DNA of 64,000 bases, from positions 744,001 through 808,000 of the forward strand of contig CAXHJY010000928.1 in assembly GCA_964016885.1 (NCBI GenBank). Reading direction: 5' to 3'. The position numbers were made by a program, and so were the translations under genes. Positions 1 through 11,261 of the stretch are shown here, piece after piece (the stretch's first letter is position 1; every line of letters begins with the position of its first letter). A model generated the notes under the pieces. It was not told the DNA's origin. It saw nothing but the letters and a program-made list of their open reading frames with translations, and did not search any database. The DNA is from Eledone cirrhosa (lineage: Eukaryota).

Positions 1-3000
1 CTTCGTTCGGGGCCAAAATTGTCCGAGAAAGCGGGTGGATGCCAACCTTTAAGGTTCAGGGCCAGGTTTACCACTATGTCGGTCCTCTACAGCCTGCGCC
101 GTCAGCGCAACCCGCCTTCCTGCAAATTTACTTCATAGCTGACTACAACAAGCAGGCTGACATGCACTCATCTGTCATCCCAGCTGATGGCACTAGAGAG
201 AACCTGGACAGAGACGTCCTCCTTGCGCTGCAGCAAATGCTACACTCCGAAAACAGCTACGTGCAGAGCTTCAAGTACGCCTTGGAGACTACTGACCTGC
301 CTAACTTCAACATTGTCATCGATGCCGACAAAAGACCATCTGGAGAACACGCCCGTCGATTCAACGCGCCCGCGTGCAACGAGGTGGCAGTTGTCCTTCA
401 CGGAGACCAGCACAACCCCCAGGATATCGTCATATCCAACCATGCAACTGGCCTCCACAGAATACGCGAAACACACCGATCCTACGACAGCCTCCAATAC
501 CCTCTACTTTTCCCCTGCGGCGAGGACAGCTACCACTTCAAGACTCCACACTGCCAGCCAAACCAGCCCTCCGTTGCTGCCGCCAAAACCGTGTCCTGCA
601 AGGAATTTTACGCATACAGACTCATGCCTCGGAGAAACTGTTTCAACAGTTTGCACAGATCGCAGGACCTACTGAACCAATTTGCGGTGGATATGGCAGC
701 AAAGATGGAGTCAGAACGACTGGCCTTCATTCGAACCCACCAGCAGCAACTGCGTAGCGAAAGCTACATACACCTGCAAGACGGCTTGACCAAAGACGGG
801 GATCCCCGAAACATTGGCAAGGTCTGCATCCTGCCTTCTACCTTCACTGGAGGACCTCGGTACATGCACGAGAGGACTCAGGACGCCATGACCTACGTGC
901 GGGCCTACGGCCATCCTGACCTCTTCATCACCTTCACGTGCAACCCGAAGGCGGATGAGATCACCCGAGAACTCCTTCCAGGGCAGTCATACCACCACCG
1001 CCTTGATCTCATAGCGAGGGCTTTCGAGAGGAACATACATGAAGGCATGTTGTGCAAAAGCCAACATCTTCGGCCTTGCTAGATGCCATACGTACACCGT
1101 AGAATGGCAGAAACGGGGCCTGCCTCACATTCATCTGTTACTGTGGCTGCAGAACAAGATCAACTCCAACGACATCGACAAATTTATCTGCGCAGAGATC
1201 CCCCAACCCTGCCACCGACAAAGAACTCTTCGACGTCGTCACGACTTCCATGATACACGGACCCTGTTATCCGGGTTCTAACCATTCGTGTCAGAAAGAC
1301 GGGATCTGTAGTAAGAGGTACCCTAGGAAATTTATTTCAGAGACCCAGACAGGGCACAACGGCTATCCCCTGTACAGGCGCCGGTCGCCTGAAGACGGTA
1401 GTTTTACTGCCATTGTAAGGGGCAAGCAAGTCGACAATCGATGGGTGGTCCCCTATTGTCCACTTCTCACTTTGACGTTCCAAGCCCACATTAATGTGGA
1501 ATTCTGTAGCTCAGTTAAATCGATTAAATATGTTTGCAAGTACGTCAACAAGGGCTGCGATTCCGCCGCATTCGCCCTCCAGTCCGACCGGGACGAGGTC
1601 AGTGAGTACCTATCGGCCCGGTACATAAGAACAAACGAAGCGTTTTGGCGAATTTTTGGTTTTTCTATCCATGAAAGGTACCCCAAAGTCACAAACCTGG
1701 CAGTCCACTTAGAGAACGGACAGCGGGTTTACTTTACGGCCGCAAATGCTGCTCAAGTTGCGGCTAACCCCAAAGAAACCACGTTAACCGCTTTCTTTAA
1801 GCTCTGTCACGTAGACGCTTTTGCAAGAACTCTAATTTACCCTCAGGTGCCGTCCTACTTCACTTGGCGCCGCAATAGCTGGGTACGGCGAAAAACTGGT
1901 AAGGCAGTTGAATCGCATCCCGGAGTTAAATTTTCTGACTGCCTCGGTAGAGTCTACACGGTTCCCCCAACCCAACCTGAGTGCTTTCACCTGCGCATTC
2001 TTCTGCACGAGGTCAAGGGGCCGCAAGGTTTCTTTGACTTAAAAACAGTAAACGGGGAACTTTGCAACACTTTTCGAGAAGCCTGGTTTAGGCTTGGTCT
2101 CTTGGAAGATGACTCCCAATGGGACTCGACCCTCACCGATGGTGCTCTGCTGAAATCCCCACAGAAATTAAGGGAACTGTTTGCCTTTTTGCTGCACAAT
2201 TGTGGCTTAGCTAACTCTTCAGCCCTTTGGCTGAAGTACAGGGACGATTTGTGCGAGGACTTCCTCCGCACAGCCAAACGGCAAAATCCGTCTTTAGAAG
2301 TGGGGTTCACCGAAATCATTTACAACCAAGGGCTAATTTCCATTCAAGAAGAGCTCCTTCAACTAGCCGCCAGCAGGGAAAATGTTAGTGTGCTGGGTCC
2401 AGATATTCTGTTGGAGACATCTTACGATGTCGCCATGTTGACAACTTTCCTAGATGAAAATGAACGTAAGTTTCTTCCCGAGCAAAGGGTTGCTTATGAG
2501 ACTGTCGTTGACAGTGCACTGGGTGGATTAGGTTGTGTCTTCTTTCTTGATGCCTCTGGCGGTACAGGCAAAACCTTCGTTACCCCCCTCATTTTGGCGC
2601 GTCTTCGACAACAAAAACAGATTGCCCTTGCGGTCGCCTCATCGGGGATCGCCGCTACCTTGCTGCCTGGAGGGAAGACGGCTCATGCTGCCTTTAAGCT
2701 TCCGTTGGACCTCGCATGAACTGATACGCCAATGTGCAACATTAGCAAGCACTCCGACAAAGCGTCACTTCTCGCAAAATGTTGCCTCATTGTGTGGGAC
2801 GAATGCACCATGGCACATAAGGGTGCTCTGGAGGCATTAGATAGGAGTTTAAAAGATATCAGGAACTCCTCGGCACCCTTGGGTGGCGAGACTTTACTGC
2901 TTTCGGGTGACTTCAGGCAAACGCTGCCTGTTATCCCCAAAGGGACAAGGGCTGATGAAGTCCGCGCATGCCTGAAGTCGTCAACGCTTTGGCCTATTGT

Positions 3001-3786
3001 TCGGACACTCCGCCTGAGCGTTAACATGCGGGCGCAGTTGCTCGGGGACAGCACGTCTGCTGAATTCGGCCAGGCCATCCTAGCTATAGGGGAAGGCCGA
3101 CTTCCTTCCAACGAAAAGGGTGAGGTGTCGCTGGCATCTGTCAGTAATACAGTTGACAGTCCTCAGGCCCTTTTAGAAGCTGTTTTTCCAAACCTACAGG
3201 TTAACTACACTAATTTAGATTGGCTTAGTTCAAGAGCCATCCTAGCCCCCAAAAACTCTGCTGTTAATGCTCTCAACGAAGAGCTACTCGGCAAGATTCC
3301 AGCCCAAGAGAAAATTTTTAAGTCTATAGACCGCGTCACTAATCCACAGGAGGCGACGGATTACCCAGTAGAGTTTTTGAATAGCCTTGACACCCCAGGT
3401 CTCCCACCCCACATCCTGAAGCTCAAGGTCGGCAGTCCTATTATGCAACGGCACTCGAATGGTAGTCAAATCAATGACGAACCATCTCATTGAAGCAACC
3501 ATTTTAACTGGTTGTGGTAAAGGTGAGAGCGTCATGATCCCAAGGCTAAGCATCCAACCTTCGACCACGGACATCCCGATAGGTTTTAGGCGACATCTGC
3601 TTCGCGATCACCATAAACAAATCTCAGGGTCAAATTTTGTCCGTGGCGGGCATTCATCTAAAAGAGCCCTGCTTTGCTCATGGCCAACTTTATGTTGCCT
3701 GCTCGCGAGTTGGGAGTAAGGACTCCCTTTTTTCATACACACCCAACGGTATGACCCGCAACATAGTCTACAAAGAGATCCTGTAA
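1..3786 (+). pseudogene. Helitron RepHel (HUH Rep + Pif1-family SF1B helicase), disrupted by frameshifts, a stop and small deletions; 5' part lies outside the window
   Basis: ORF pieces 39-1082, 1039-1281, 1250-2719, 2732-3493 and 3459-3719 carry rolling-circle Rep motifs (PDLFITFTCNPK; VEWQKRGLPHIHLLLW = HUH; KYVCKYVNKG = catalytic Tyr motif) and Pif1 motifs (FFLDASGGTGKT Walker A, IVWDECTM Walker B, LLSGDFRQTLPV, RAILAPKN). In-frame TGA at 2717-2719. C-terminal NIVYKEIL* ends at 3786. Confidence 0.95.
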
Positions 3787-3873
3787 CGTGCATTACTACT
3801 GAGATGATTTAACACAAAAAGAGTTTATATATATACAAACACATACACACACTCACATACAGATATATATATA

Positions 3874-4481
3874 TCATTATCTATAAAAGCGAGTGTGTGT
3901 GCATGTTCCTTTTCTATACGATTAAAAAAAAACACCTCCTTCAATGGAAAATTACTTATCAATATTTGATCCCCAATTGATCCCCAATTACGCAAAAAAA
4001 TCGATAAAACTCAATAATTCACGATATACCTCTCTCATAAATCTGATATCTAACTGATTACGACCCTAAATGGTGGACAGTTCGAAATACTGCTGCTGCT
4101 GTGCTTCTGGCTGTTGCTCATCTCATTCTATCAGGCTCTTCCAACAACTTTACAGTACTTTATCATCCGTTAAAAAAAACTGTTTTTTGGCTGTTTTTTT
4201 TTTGTTTTCGACAGAAAATTTATTACGATTTCTGTTTGCTATTCTTAATATATATATTTTTTTTGTGTTCCCTTTTTGTGATTTTTGTTGGTTTCTTGGT
4301 TGAGAAAAGAAGATGGTAAAACCAGGTTGAAGAGATTTTCATTTCCAAATTCTATTATCATTACAACTCTGACATATTTTATGTAAAGTGAATATGAGAA
4401 AAAAAAAATTCTTCATATTTATTGTTTCCTAATCTGAATAAAAATAGCAGTAACCCGGGCAACGCCGGGTCATTCAGCTAG
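3874..4481 (+). mobile_element. Short non-autonomous Helitron (or distal terminus used by the upstream RepHel element)
   Basis: 5' A^TCATTATCTATAAAAG matches the start of the Helitron at ~8636-8660, and 3980-4040 resembles 8795-8850. 3' hairpin ACCCGG-GCAACG-CCGGGT (4453-4470) is followed by CTAG (4478-4481) and then T. Confidence 0.8.
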
Positions 4482-4672
4482 TATATATATATATTACATA
4501 CACAGAAATGTATATATATTTCTGTGTGTATATATATATATTACACACAGAAATGTATATACATTTCTGTGTGTGTATATATATATATATATTACACACA
4601 CAGAAATGTATATATATATATATATATATTACACACACAGAAATGTATATATATATATATTTCTGTGTGTGT

Positions 4673-4716
<44 letters not shown>

Positions 4717-4770
4717 CACACACAGAAATGTATATATATTTCTGTGTGTGTGTGTATATATATATATATA
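4482..4770. repeat. Palindromic minisatellite: (TA)n-TTACACACACAGAAATG-(TA)n-TTTCTGTGTGT, several copies
   Basis: ACACACAGAAAT and ATTTCTGTGTGT are exact reverse complements separated by (TA)n. The same unit recurs at 8581-8635 and 12841-12956. Confidence 0.9.
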
Positions 4771-4978
4771 TTTTTTTTTTGTTAATCGCTTGTTAAACAA
4801 TCATAACCTTCCAGCTAGCTACCCCACACCCCTCCCACCCGCCCCCACACACCACCATTCTTAATACGTGGACCAATCATAAGCCAGAGCCCCCCCCACG
4901 CATCACCATTATTATTATTACGCGGACCAATCATAAGCCAGAGGCCTATACTATAGCTTGCCCGGTTGCCTTCGATAT

Positions 4979-7900
4979 ATGATGGATGGATGGACTGCGG
5001 AATCCTGGAGAGTGGAAGGGAGAGAAAGATCTGGACGCTCAGCGAAAATGCCAAAGTTAAAGTCAAATTCACCTCGTGGACGAGAATGCGAGCACTCCTC
5101 TTTGTTTCGTCCGCGGATGGCTAACATAACCCCATCTCCCCCCACCGCCCCCACACTCCAAACGCAATCCAAAACTTCAGAGTTGGTACCATAAATGTAG
5201 GCACCCTAAAGGGTCGCGCTAACGAGGTTGTAGAAATGCTTGAACGTAAGGAGGTCGATGTTTGTTGTATTCAAGAGACCAGGTGGAGGGGTGGGTCTGC
5301 TAGATTCATTGAGGGTAAAAAACGATGTTATAAGCTTTTCTGGGTGGGAAACGACGATGGGCTGGGTGGAGTAGGAATCATGGTAGCAGAAAAGTGGGCA
5401 GATAAGATAATAGACGTAAATAGAGTGAACGACAGAATAATTAAAATACGACTTGTCAATAGAACTACGGTGACAGTAATATCTGCGTACGCACCCCAAT
5501 CCGGACTGCCCGGCACTATAAAAGACAGATTCTATGAGACACTGATGCTAACTACCTCCCAAATATCCGACAGTGACTATATAATTATTGCAGGCGACCT
5601 AAATGGTCACGTTGGACAACATTGTGACGGCTACGACGAAATCCATGGAGGCTATGGGTTTGGTACTAGAAATGAGGAAGGCTCCAGAATCCTGGAATTC
5701 TGTGATGCAAATAACCTAACTATCTGTAACACTAACTTCAAAAAACGTGACAATCACCTGATCACCTATAGATCCGGGGAACACACAAGCCAGGTAGATT
5801 ATATCCTTACCAGAAGACATGACAGAGTGTCTGTTGTAAACACTAAATCCCTCCCTCATGAAGAATGCACATAGACTGATAATTAGCGACCTCATAGTCA
5901 GGACGAAACGTACTCGACAGCAGAAGAGGACTATCCTCAGGAGAAAAATATGGAAGCTAAAGGACCCCACAGCCAGAAATAAATTTCAAAGCATATTACT
6001 TGATGCTTTCGACAGTAAGGAAGAACATTTACAGTCGGACAATATAGAGGGACAGTGGGAATTTCTGAAAGCAAACCTGCTGATGGCGACAGACGAAGTC
6101 TGTGGCTGGAGCAGGCCTGTAGGCAGGAGGAGAGTAACATGGTGGTGGAACAGTAAAGTGGAGGGGTCAATTAAGGCCAAAAAGCAGGCTTAGAAAGTAT
6201 GGCGGGATGGAGGAAGTAGAGAAGACTATCAAGTGGCCAGGAGGGAAGCTAGGAGACAAGTGTACTTAGCAAGAAGGGAAGCAGAGGAAAGAAAGTTCAA
6301 GCATGTTCTACAACGCGAGGACCAAAAACGTGAGGTGTTCAGGATTGCTAGGCAATGCGTCAAGGAAAACAGTGATATTGTCGGGAAGAAGTGTGTACTA
6401 AACGATGATGGCACACTTGCCATCACCGACACTGATAAGAAGGTAGCTTGGAAGTGTCACTATGAAAGGCTACTAAATGAGGAGAATAAATGGGAGAAAG
6501 ACAGTCTCCCCCATATCGACCCAATAGAGGGACCAGCAGTGTTAGTCGAGGGGAGTATAATAAGTAACGCAATCAAGGATATGAAGACGGATAAGGCGGC
6601 TGGGCCTTCGGAAATAGTTGCTGAGATGCTGAAGGCATCTGGCACGGTGGGACACACCATGGTCACCCGCATAGTTAACCAAGTCGTACAGAATGGGGTT
6701 GTTCCGAAGGACTGGCATAGCAGCATCATCGTTAACTGTTATAAGGGTAAAGGAGACACCCTAGATAGGAGTAACTATAGAGGCATTAAATTAATCGACC
6801 AGGTCATGAAGGTCACGGAAAAAGTAATAGCGCAACTAATCAGAGAGAGAATTGACCTAGATGAAATGCAGTTCGGGTTTGTGTCAGGCAAAAGTACCAC
6901 AGACGCTCTTTTCATTGTACGACAACTACAGGAGAAGTACCTAGCTAAAGGTAAACCCCTCTACTTAGCTTTTGTCGACTTGGAGAAAGCCTTCGACAGA
7001 GTCCCCCGCTCCATTATCTGGTGGGCTCTTAGAAAACTAGGCGTTGACGAATGGCTTGTGAGGGCTATACAAGCCATGTATAAAGAAACAGTCAGCAAGG
7101 TTAGAATTAACAATGAATATAGTGAAGAGTTTAGCGTAAAAGTTGGCGTCCATCAGGGCTCTGTTCTCAGCCCCCTACTATTTATTATTGCCCTTCAGGC
7201 TATAACAGAGGAGTTCAAGACCGGCTGCCCATGGGAACTCCTATACGCAGACGACCTGACACTCATAGCGGAATCAATGGCCGAGCTAGAGAAGAAATTC
7301 CAAACATGGAAGCACGGCCTAGAGTCAAAAGGACTTAAAATTAACCTGGCTAAGACTAAAGTTCTAGTTTGTAGGAAAGAAAACAAGGCGGCGGTCCCTT
7401 CTTGGAAATGGTCGTGCTCGGTGTGTAGGAAAGGCGTAGGTAGAAACTCCATTTTATGTCCTAAATGCAAAGTATGGGTGCATAAAAGATGTAATGGGAT
7501 CACAGGTAAGCTAACTAAGAACATAGATTTTACATGTGGCCGGTGTTCTGGTGCAATAAGTAGCAACAAGTGCCCACTAAATACTAGCTCTTTCAATTGC
7601 GCAGAGGGTTCTATAGAAATAGTGGACAGCTTCCGTTACCTGGGCGATAAAATCAGCAGTGGGGGAGGGTGCTCTGAAAGTACAGTAGCTAGAGTCAGAA
7701 CTGGTTGGAAAAAGTTCAGAGAGCTTATACCACTATTAGCTGCTAAAGGGTTCTCCCTAAAAATGAAAGGCAGGTTGTACGATGACTGCATACGAACAGC
7801 AATGTTGCATGGCAGTGAGACCTGGGCATTGTGTGCAGAGGATATACGCAGACTAGAGAGGAACGAAGCTTGCATGTTCCGCTGGATGTGTAACAGTAAT

Positions 7901-8200
7901 ATACGTGAACGGCAAAGCATAAACGAACTAAGGAAAAAATTAGAGATAAGAGGGATCAGATGTTGTTTACTCGAGAGAAGGCTACGTTGGTATGGACACG
8001 TGATGCGCATGAAAGTCGATAGCTGTATAACAAAGTGCAGGGCAATAAAGATAGACGGTAGCCACGGATTAGGCAGACCTAGAAAAACCTGGGACGAGCT
8101 GATAAACTCCGACCTCACACACTTACACCTCTCCAAGACAATGTCACTGGACCGAGACCTTTGGCGGTACTCAGTAACAGAGAAGACCCGCCTTACCTAA
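4979..8200 (+). pseudogene. RTE ORF: apurinic-like endonuclease + reverse transcriptase with inserted C4HC3 finger; about 3 lesions
   Basis: APE motifs FRVGTINVGTL (from 5176), CIQETRW, ISAYAPQ, IIAGDLNGHVG, SQVDYILT. RT motifs YLAFVDLEKAFDRVPR, GVHQGSVLSPLLF, LLYADDL, FRYLG. C-terminal RLRWYGHVMR and GRPRKTW. Probable frameshift in the C-rich tract ~5125-5160, frameshift ~5868, TAG (likely from TGG) at 6191-6193. The start ATG at 4979 is inferred. Confidence 0.92.
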
Positions 8201-8424
8201 ATACATAGTAAAACCTACTCCAGCCAGTAGGCATCTCTAACAAAATACACCCCGTCCCCCCACCCCATCCACACCACCCCGTTCTATGTAAAGTTATGTT
8301 GGTGCCGCGCCATCCAGGCCGAAACAAATGAGATCGTGTAGGTGTCACGACAAAAAAACACACAGTCCACGCTGTAATGTGGCCGTGTAGGCAACACGGT
8401 AAAAACCTCCCAGACCCACACTGT

Positions 8425-8580
8425 AAATGTGGTTGGTGTTAGGAAGGGCATCCAACTGTAGAAAACCTGCCACACAGTCCTATGCGAGCAAGACAATCAC
8501 TCTTGCCTCAAGTGGGACTACCCCCGTCCAAACCCATGCAAGCGTGGAACACGGACGTTAAACGTTGATGATGATGATGA
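8425..8580 (+). other. RTE 3' tail: conserved box, terminal stem-loop and (GAT)n
   Basis: GGTTGGTGTTAGGAAGGGCATCCAACTGTAGAAAAC, then CGTCC...CCATGC-AA-GCGTGG...GGACG hairpin, then TTAAACGTT(GAT)n. Confidence 0.75.
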
Positions 8581-8635
8581 TATATATATATATATATTAC
8601 ACACACAGAAATGTATATATATTTCTGTGTGTATA
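8581..8635. repeat. Continuation of the palindromic TA/ACACACAGAAAT array between the LINE and Helitron 2
   Basis: TATATA..TTACACACACAGAAATGTATATATATTTCTGTGTGTATA. Confidence 0.85.
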
Positions 8636-9232
8636 TCATCATCATCATTATCTATAAAAGGCAGATTTTTGTGTCTGTATGTATGTTTCAATTTTATACA
8701 TTTACACAATTCCAAAAATATTGAATGAATAATTAAAAAGAATGTTTACAAATATTCTAACTTGGGTCATGGGCGAACTTATTGGGTAAAAAATGCCACA
8801 ATTACGGAAAAATCGATTTATTTCAACAATCGATGATTTCTCCTCTCATATGATATACGTTTCCTATATCTACTCCCTTCATCACCTCCCCTTAAAATTG
8901 CTACCGTCTCTTATAAGTGTTTGTGAAAAAGAGAAACATTGAAAAAAAACATATACACACATATATGTGGGTGCATACACACACATATATGTTGGTATGG
9001 TTACGATTGACGTCATAGAAACAGGAACGCGGGAATTTCAATCAATCAACGCATACACAGTTTGTTTTAGAAATAACAATAGCATATAATGATAAAATGG
9101 GATATAATGATAAAGAGGGAGTGAGAAACAAACAGACACACTAAAAGAGGGATATATGTGTGTGTGTTTGTATTAGCGCGTTCAAACTCCATTTCGAAGC
9201 TGACTTTCATTTACTAAACTGTAAGTTTTTCA

Positions 9233-9427
9233 ATCGGCCTTACGCTTTCAAACTATATTTTTCTGTATAAGTAACTTTAACCCTTTATTTTCGACATAAA
9301 AATACACACATACATACAAAGACCTGCAAAGTTTTTTTTGGGGCCTTTCTTATCAATCTTTTTACATTCAATTATCAGCCTTATACTTTCAAAGTCAATT
9401 TTTATGTTGAAGTAACTTTCAACCTTT
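9233..9427 (+). repeat. ~195-bp direct repeat copy 1 within the Helitron 2 5' region
   Basis: Closely similar to 10180-10372 (ATCGGCCTTAC..CTTTCAAAC...GAAGTAACTTTC). Confidence 0.85.
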
Positions 9428-9429
9428 AA

Positions 9430-9518
9430 TACATACATACATACATACATACATACATACATACATACATACATACATACATACATACATACATACATAC
9501 ATACATACATACATACAT
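9430..9518. repeat. (TACA)n microsatellite, probably the (ATGT)n tail of the adjacent minus-strand retroelement
   Basis: Perfect tetranucleotide run of about 22 units. Confidence 0.9.
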
Positions 9519-10123
9519 GGTGGCTGCCAACTCGTTTTCGAGTACGGCCACTACTTTATATCCATGTAGGAGAACTCCTACCGATGCGCTGAACGAGTGT
9601 GGCTTTTTAGTCCAGCCAGCGACTTGAAAACTCTGGTACAAACACTACACTTGTGACAATTATTGACACACAGTGCCGGGCCCATGGTACCATGTGACGA
9701 CGAGTGCAGATAGATCTCCAGATATAAAGCCATGCCTGTGCCGTGAAGCTTTTATAGTGAGCAAAGGCACTGCACAAAGCCAGTCCCACTCTCTTAACCA
9801 AGATGATATTTACCAAAAAGAAGAACAAGTCAACATCATTGGATACCATCAGGGTTGCAGGTGTTATATCAGAGTTTTCCTTCTCCTAGAATTCTGCCTT
9901 GACAAATGCAAAGGGTCATCTCTCCCGGTGATTTTGGATGGCCATTGACTCTTAAGAGCTCCTTTGCACTTTGACAGGTTTTGTTTTTAGTCCTGCAGGA
10001 TGTCCAAAGTCACCCTCCTCACCAAGAAACCTTGGTGGGGTTGCCAGTTTAGTCGCCAACGACCCGACCATGAGACAGGTTGTACTGGGATACATGTTAC
10101 CAGTAGCACCAACTGGTGACCTG
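9519..10123 (-). mobile_element. ~0.6-kb non-coding RTE-related retroposon inserted in (CATA)n
   Basis: GC-richer island bounded by CATA repeats. The minus strand contains CTAGGAGAAGGAAAACTCTGA, which I recall from RTE/BovB-type 5' UTRs, plus several hairpins and an (ATGT)n tail. No coding similarity. Confidence 0.6.
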
Positions 10124-10179
10124 ACATACATACATATACACACATACATACAAATACCTGTCACTTAATTTACACACAC

Positions 10180-10372
10180 ATCGGCCTTACACTTTCAAAC
10201 TAAATTTTTCTGTAGAAGTAACTTTAACCCTTTCTTTTCGACATAAAATACACACATACATACAAATACCTGTAAATCTTTTTTTGGGGTCTTTCTTATC
10301 AATCTTTTTACATTCAATTATCAGCCTTATACTTTCAAAGTCAATTTTTATGTTGAAGTAACTTTCACCCTT
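10180..10372 (+). repeat. ~195-bp direct repeat copy 2
   Basis: Matches 9233-9427. Confidence 0.85.
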
Positions 10373-10503
10373 TATCTTTCGATACCCATTTACTTACTAA
10401 CATTTGTATCACAACAACAATAACAATATTCATAAACAGACAGTAGACTTTCAAAGTCAATTTTTCTGTAGAAGTAACTTTCACCCTTTCTTTTGGACAT
10501 AAA

Positions 10504-11232
10504 ATGCCACCTAAAAAGAGAAGTCGCCTCAGTCGACATACCGCGACAGCACTGGCGCAAAAGGCTACTATAGCAAACGAGTCCTCTGAGGAAAATGCTT
10601 TAAGACTTTCACAGACAGCCTTACGTTCAGCAGAATGTCGAGCCACTGAAAGTTTCCAACAGCGCACCGCATGCCTAGCCAAAATGGCTTCATACCAGGC
10701 TTCTTCCAGGGCTTCAGAGAGCCGTGAACAAAGGTCGAAGCTCCTGGCTAGAAACGATGCGACTAATGCTGCTTCCAGGTCTTTGGAACGTTTAAAACAA
10801 CGGACGGCTCGCCTTCCTACGAACGCTGCGTCTATGACTACTTCCATGGCTTCTGAAGATGCAGACGGGTGGTCCATTAGCATTGCAAATGTTGCTTCTG
10901 CTATTGCTGCCAGACATTCCCACCAACCACACGACCAATGTTCTACGTTCAAGCGTAACAGTCGACGGCGAGAAGCTGCACGCGGTGTGACGAACCCCAA
11001 CAGCCCTTACTGGCACCTACGGGCTTTCAAGTATGAGCAAAACCTTAATTACTCGATGCGCTCTGACATAAATATAGGCGAGATGCGCTTCAATTGCCAA
11101 TTCTGCAATGCTACAAAGTGGGCTGGGGAGCCACCTGCAATGTGCTGCTTAAACGGTAAGGTCACCTTGCCCCCTCTTACCGAACAGCCAGAGCCTTTGA
11201 AGGAACTACTGACTGGTTATACCTCAAGGTAA
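10504..11232 (+). pseudogene. Helitron RepHel N-terminus (basic NLS-like start, R/E/A-rich helical repeats, Cys cluster), truncated by internal deletion
   Basis: MPPKKRSRL start. IGEMRFNCQFCNATKWAGEPPAMCCLNGKVTLPPLTEQPEPLKELL matches the typical Helitron N-terminal CxxC...CC..GKV.LP..P..L motif. Confidence 0.85.
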
Positions 11233-11261
11233 AAAAAAAAAGCCTGATCCCCCCAATAAAA

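Larger units (their letters stand above)
4771..8580 (+). mobile_element. Near-full-length RTE-clade non-LTR retrotransposon (LINE) inserted in (TA)n
   Basis: Single APE+RT ORF, 5' UTR with a duplicated motif, 3' UTR with GGTGTTAGGAAGGGCATCC, a terminal stem-loop and a (GAT)n tail ending ~8580. (TA)n on both flanks. Confidence 0.93.

Noticed and set aside
2732-3493. Host PIF1 helicase gene (also 11301-12212)
   Set aside because: Intronless, linked to Helitron Rep/N-terminal motifs and Helitron termini, and disrupted.
3965-3990. TTGATCCCCAA tandem duplication as a possible TSD
   Set aside because: Adjacent 11-bp slippage duplication with nothing inserted between the copies.
4508-4864. Y/I/C-rich ORFs (also 9277-9641, 12865-13176, 4070-4319)
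   Set aside because: Translations of microsatellite or low-complexity DNA.
9780-9870. Hammerhead ribozyme in the RTE-derived insert (CTGATGG on the minus strand)
   Set aside because: The core should be CUGAUGA with a correctly placed GAAA and stems, and these are not found.
10365-11000. 211-aa antisense ORF and other antisense/alternative-frame ORFs over Helitron and RTE coding regions
   Set aside because: Shadow ORFs of real TE coding frames with no recognisable domain.
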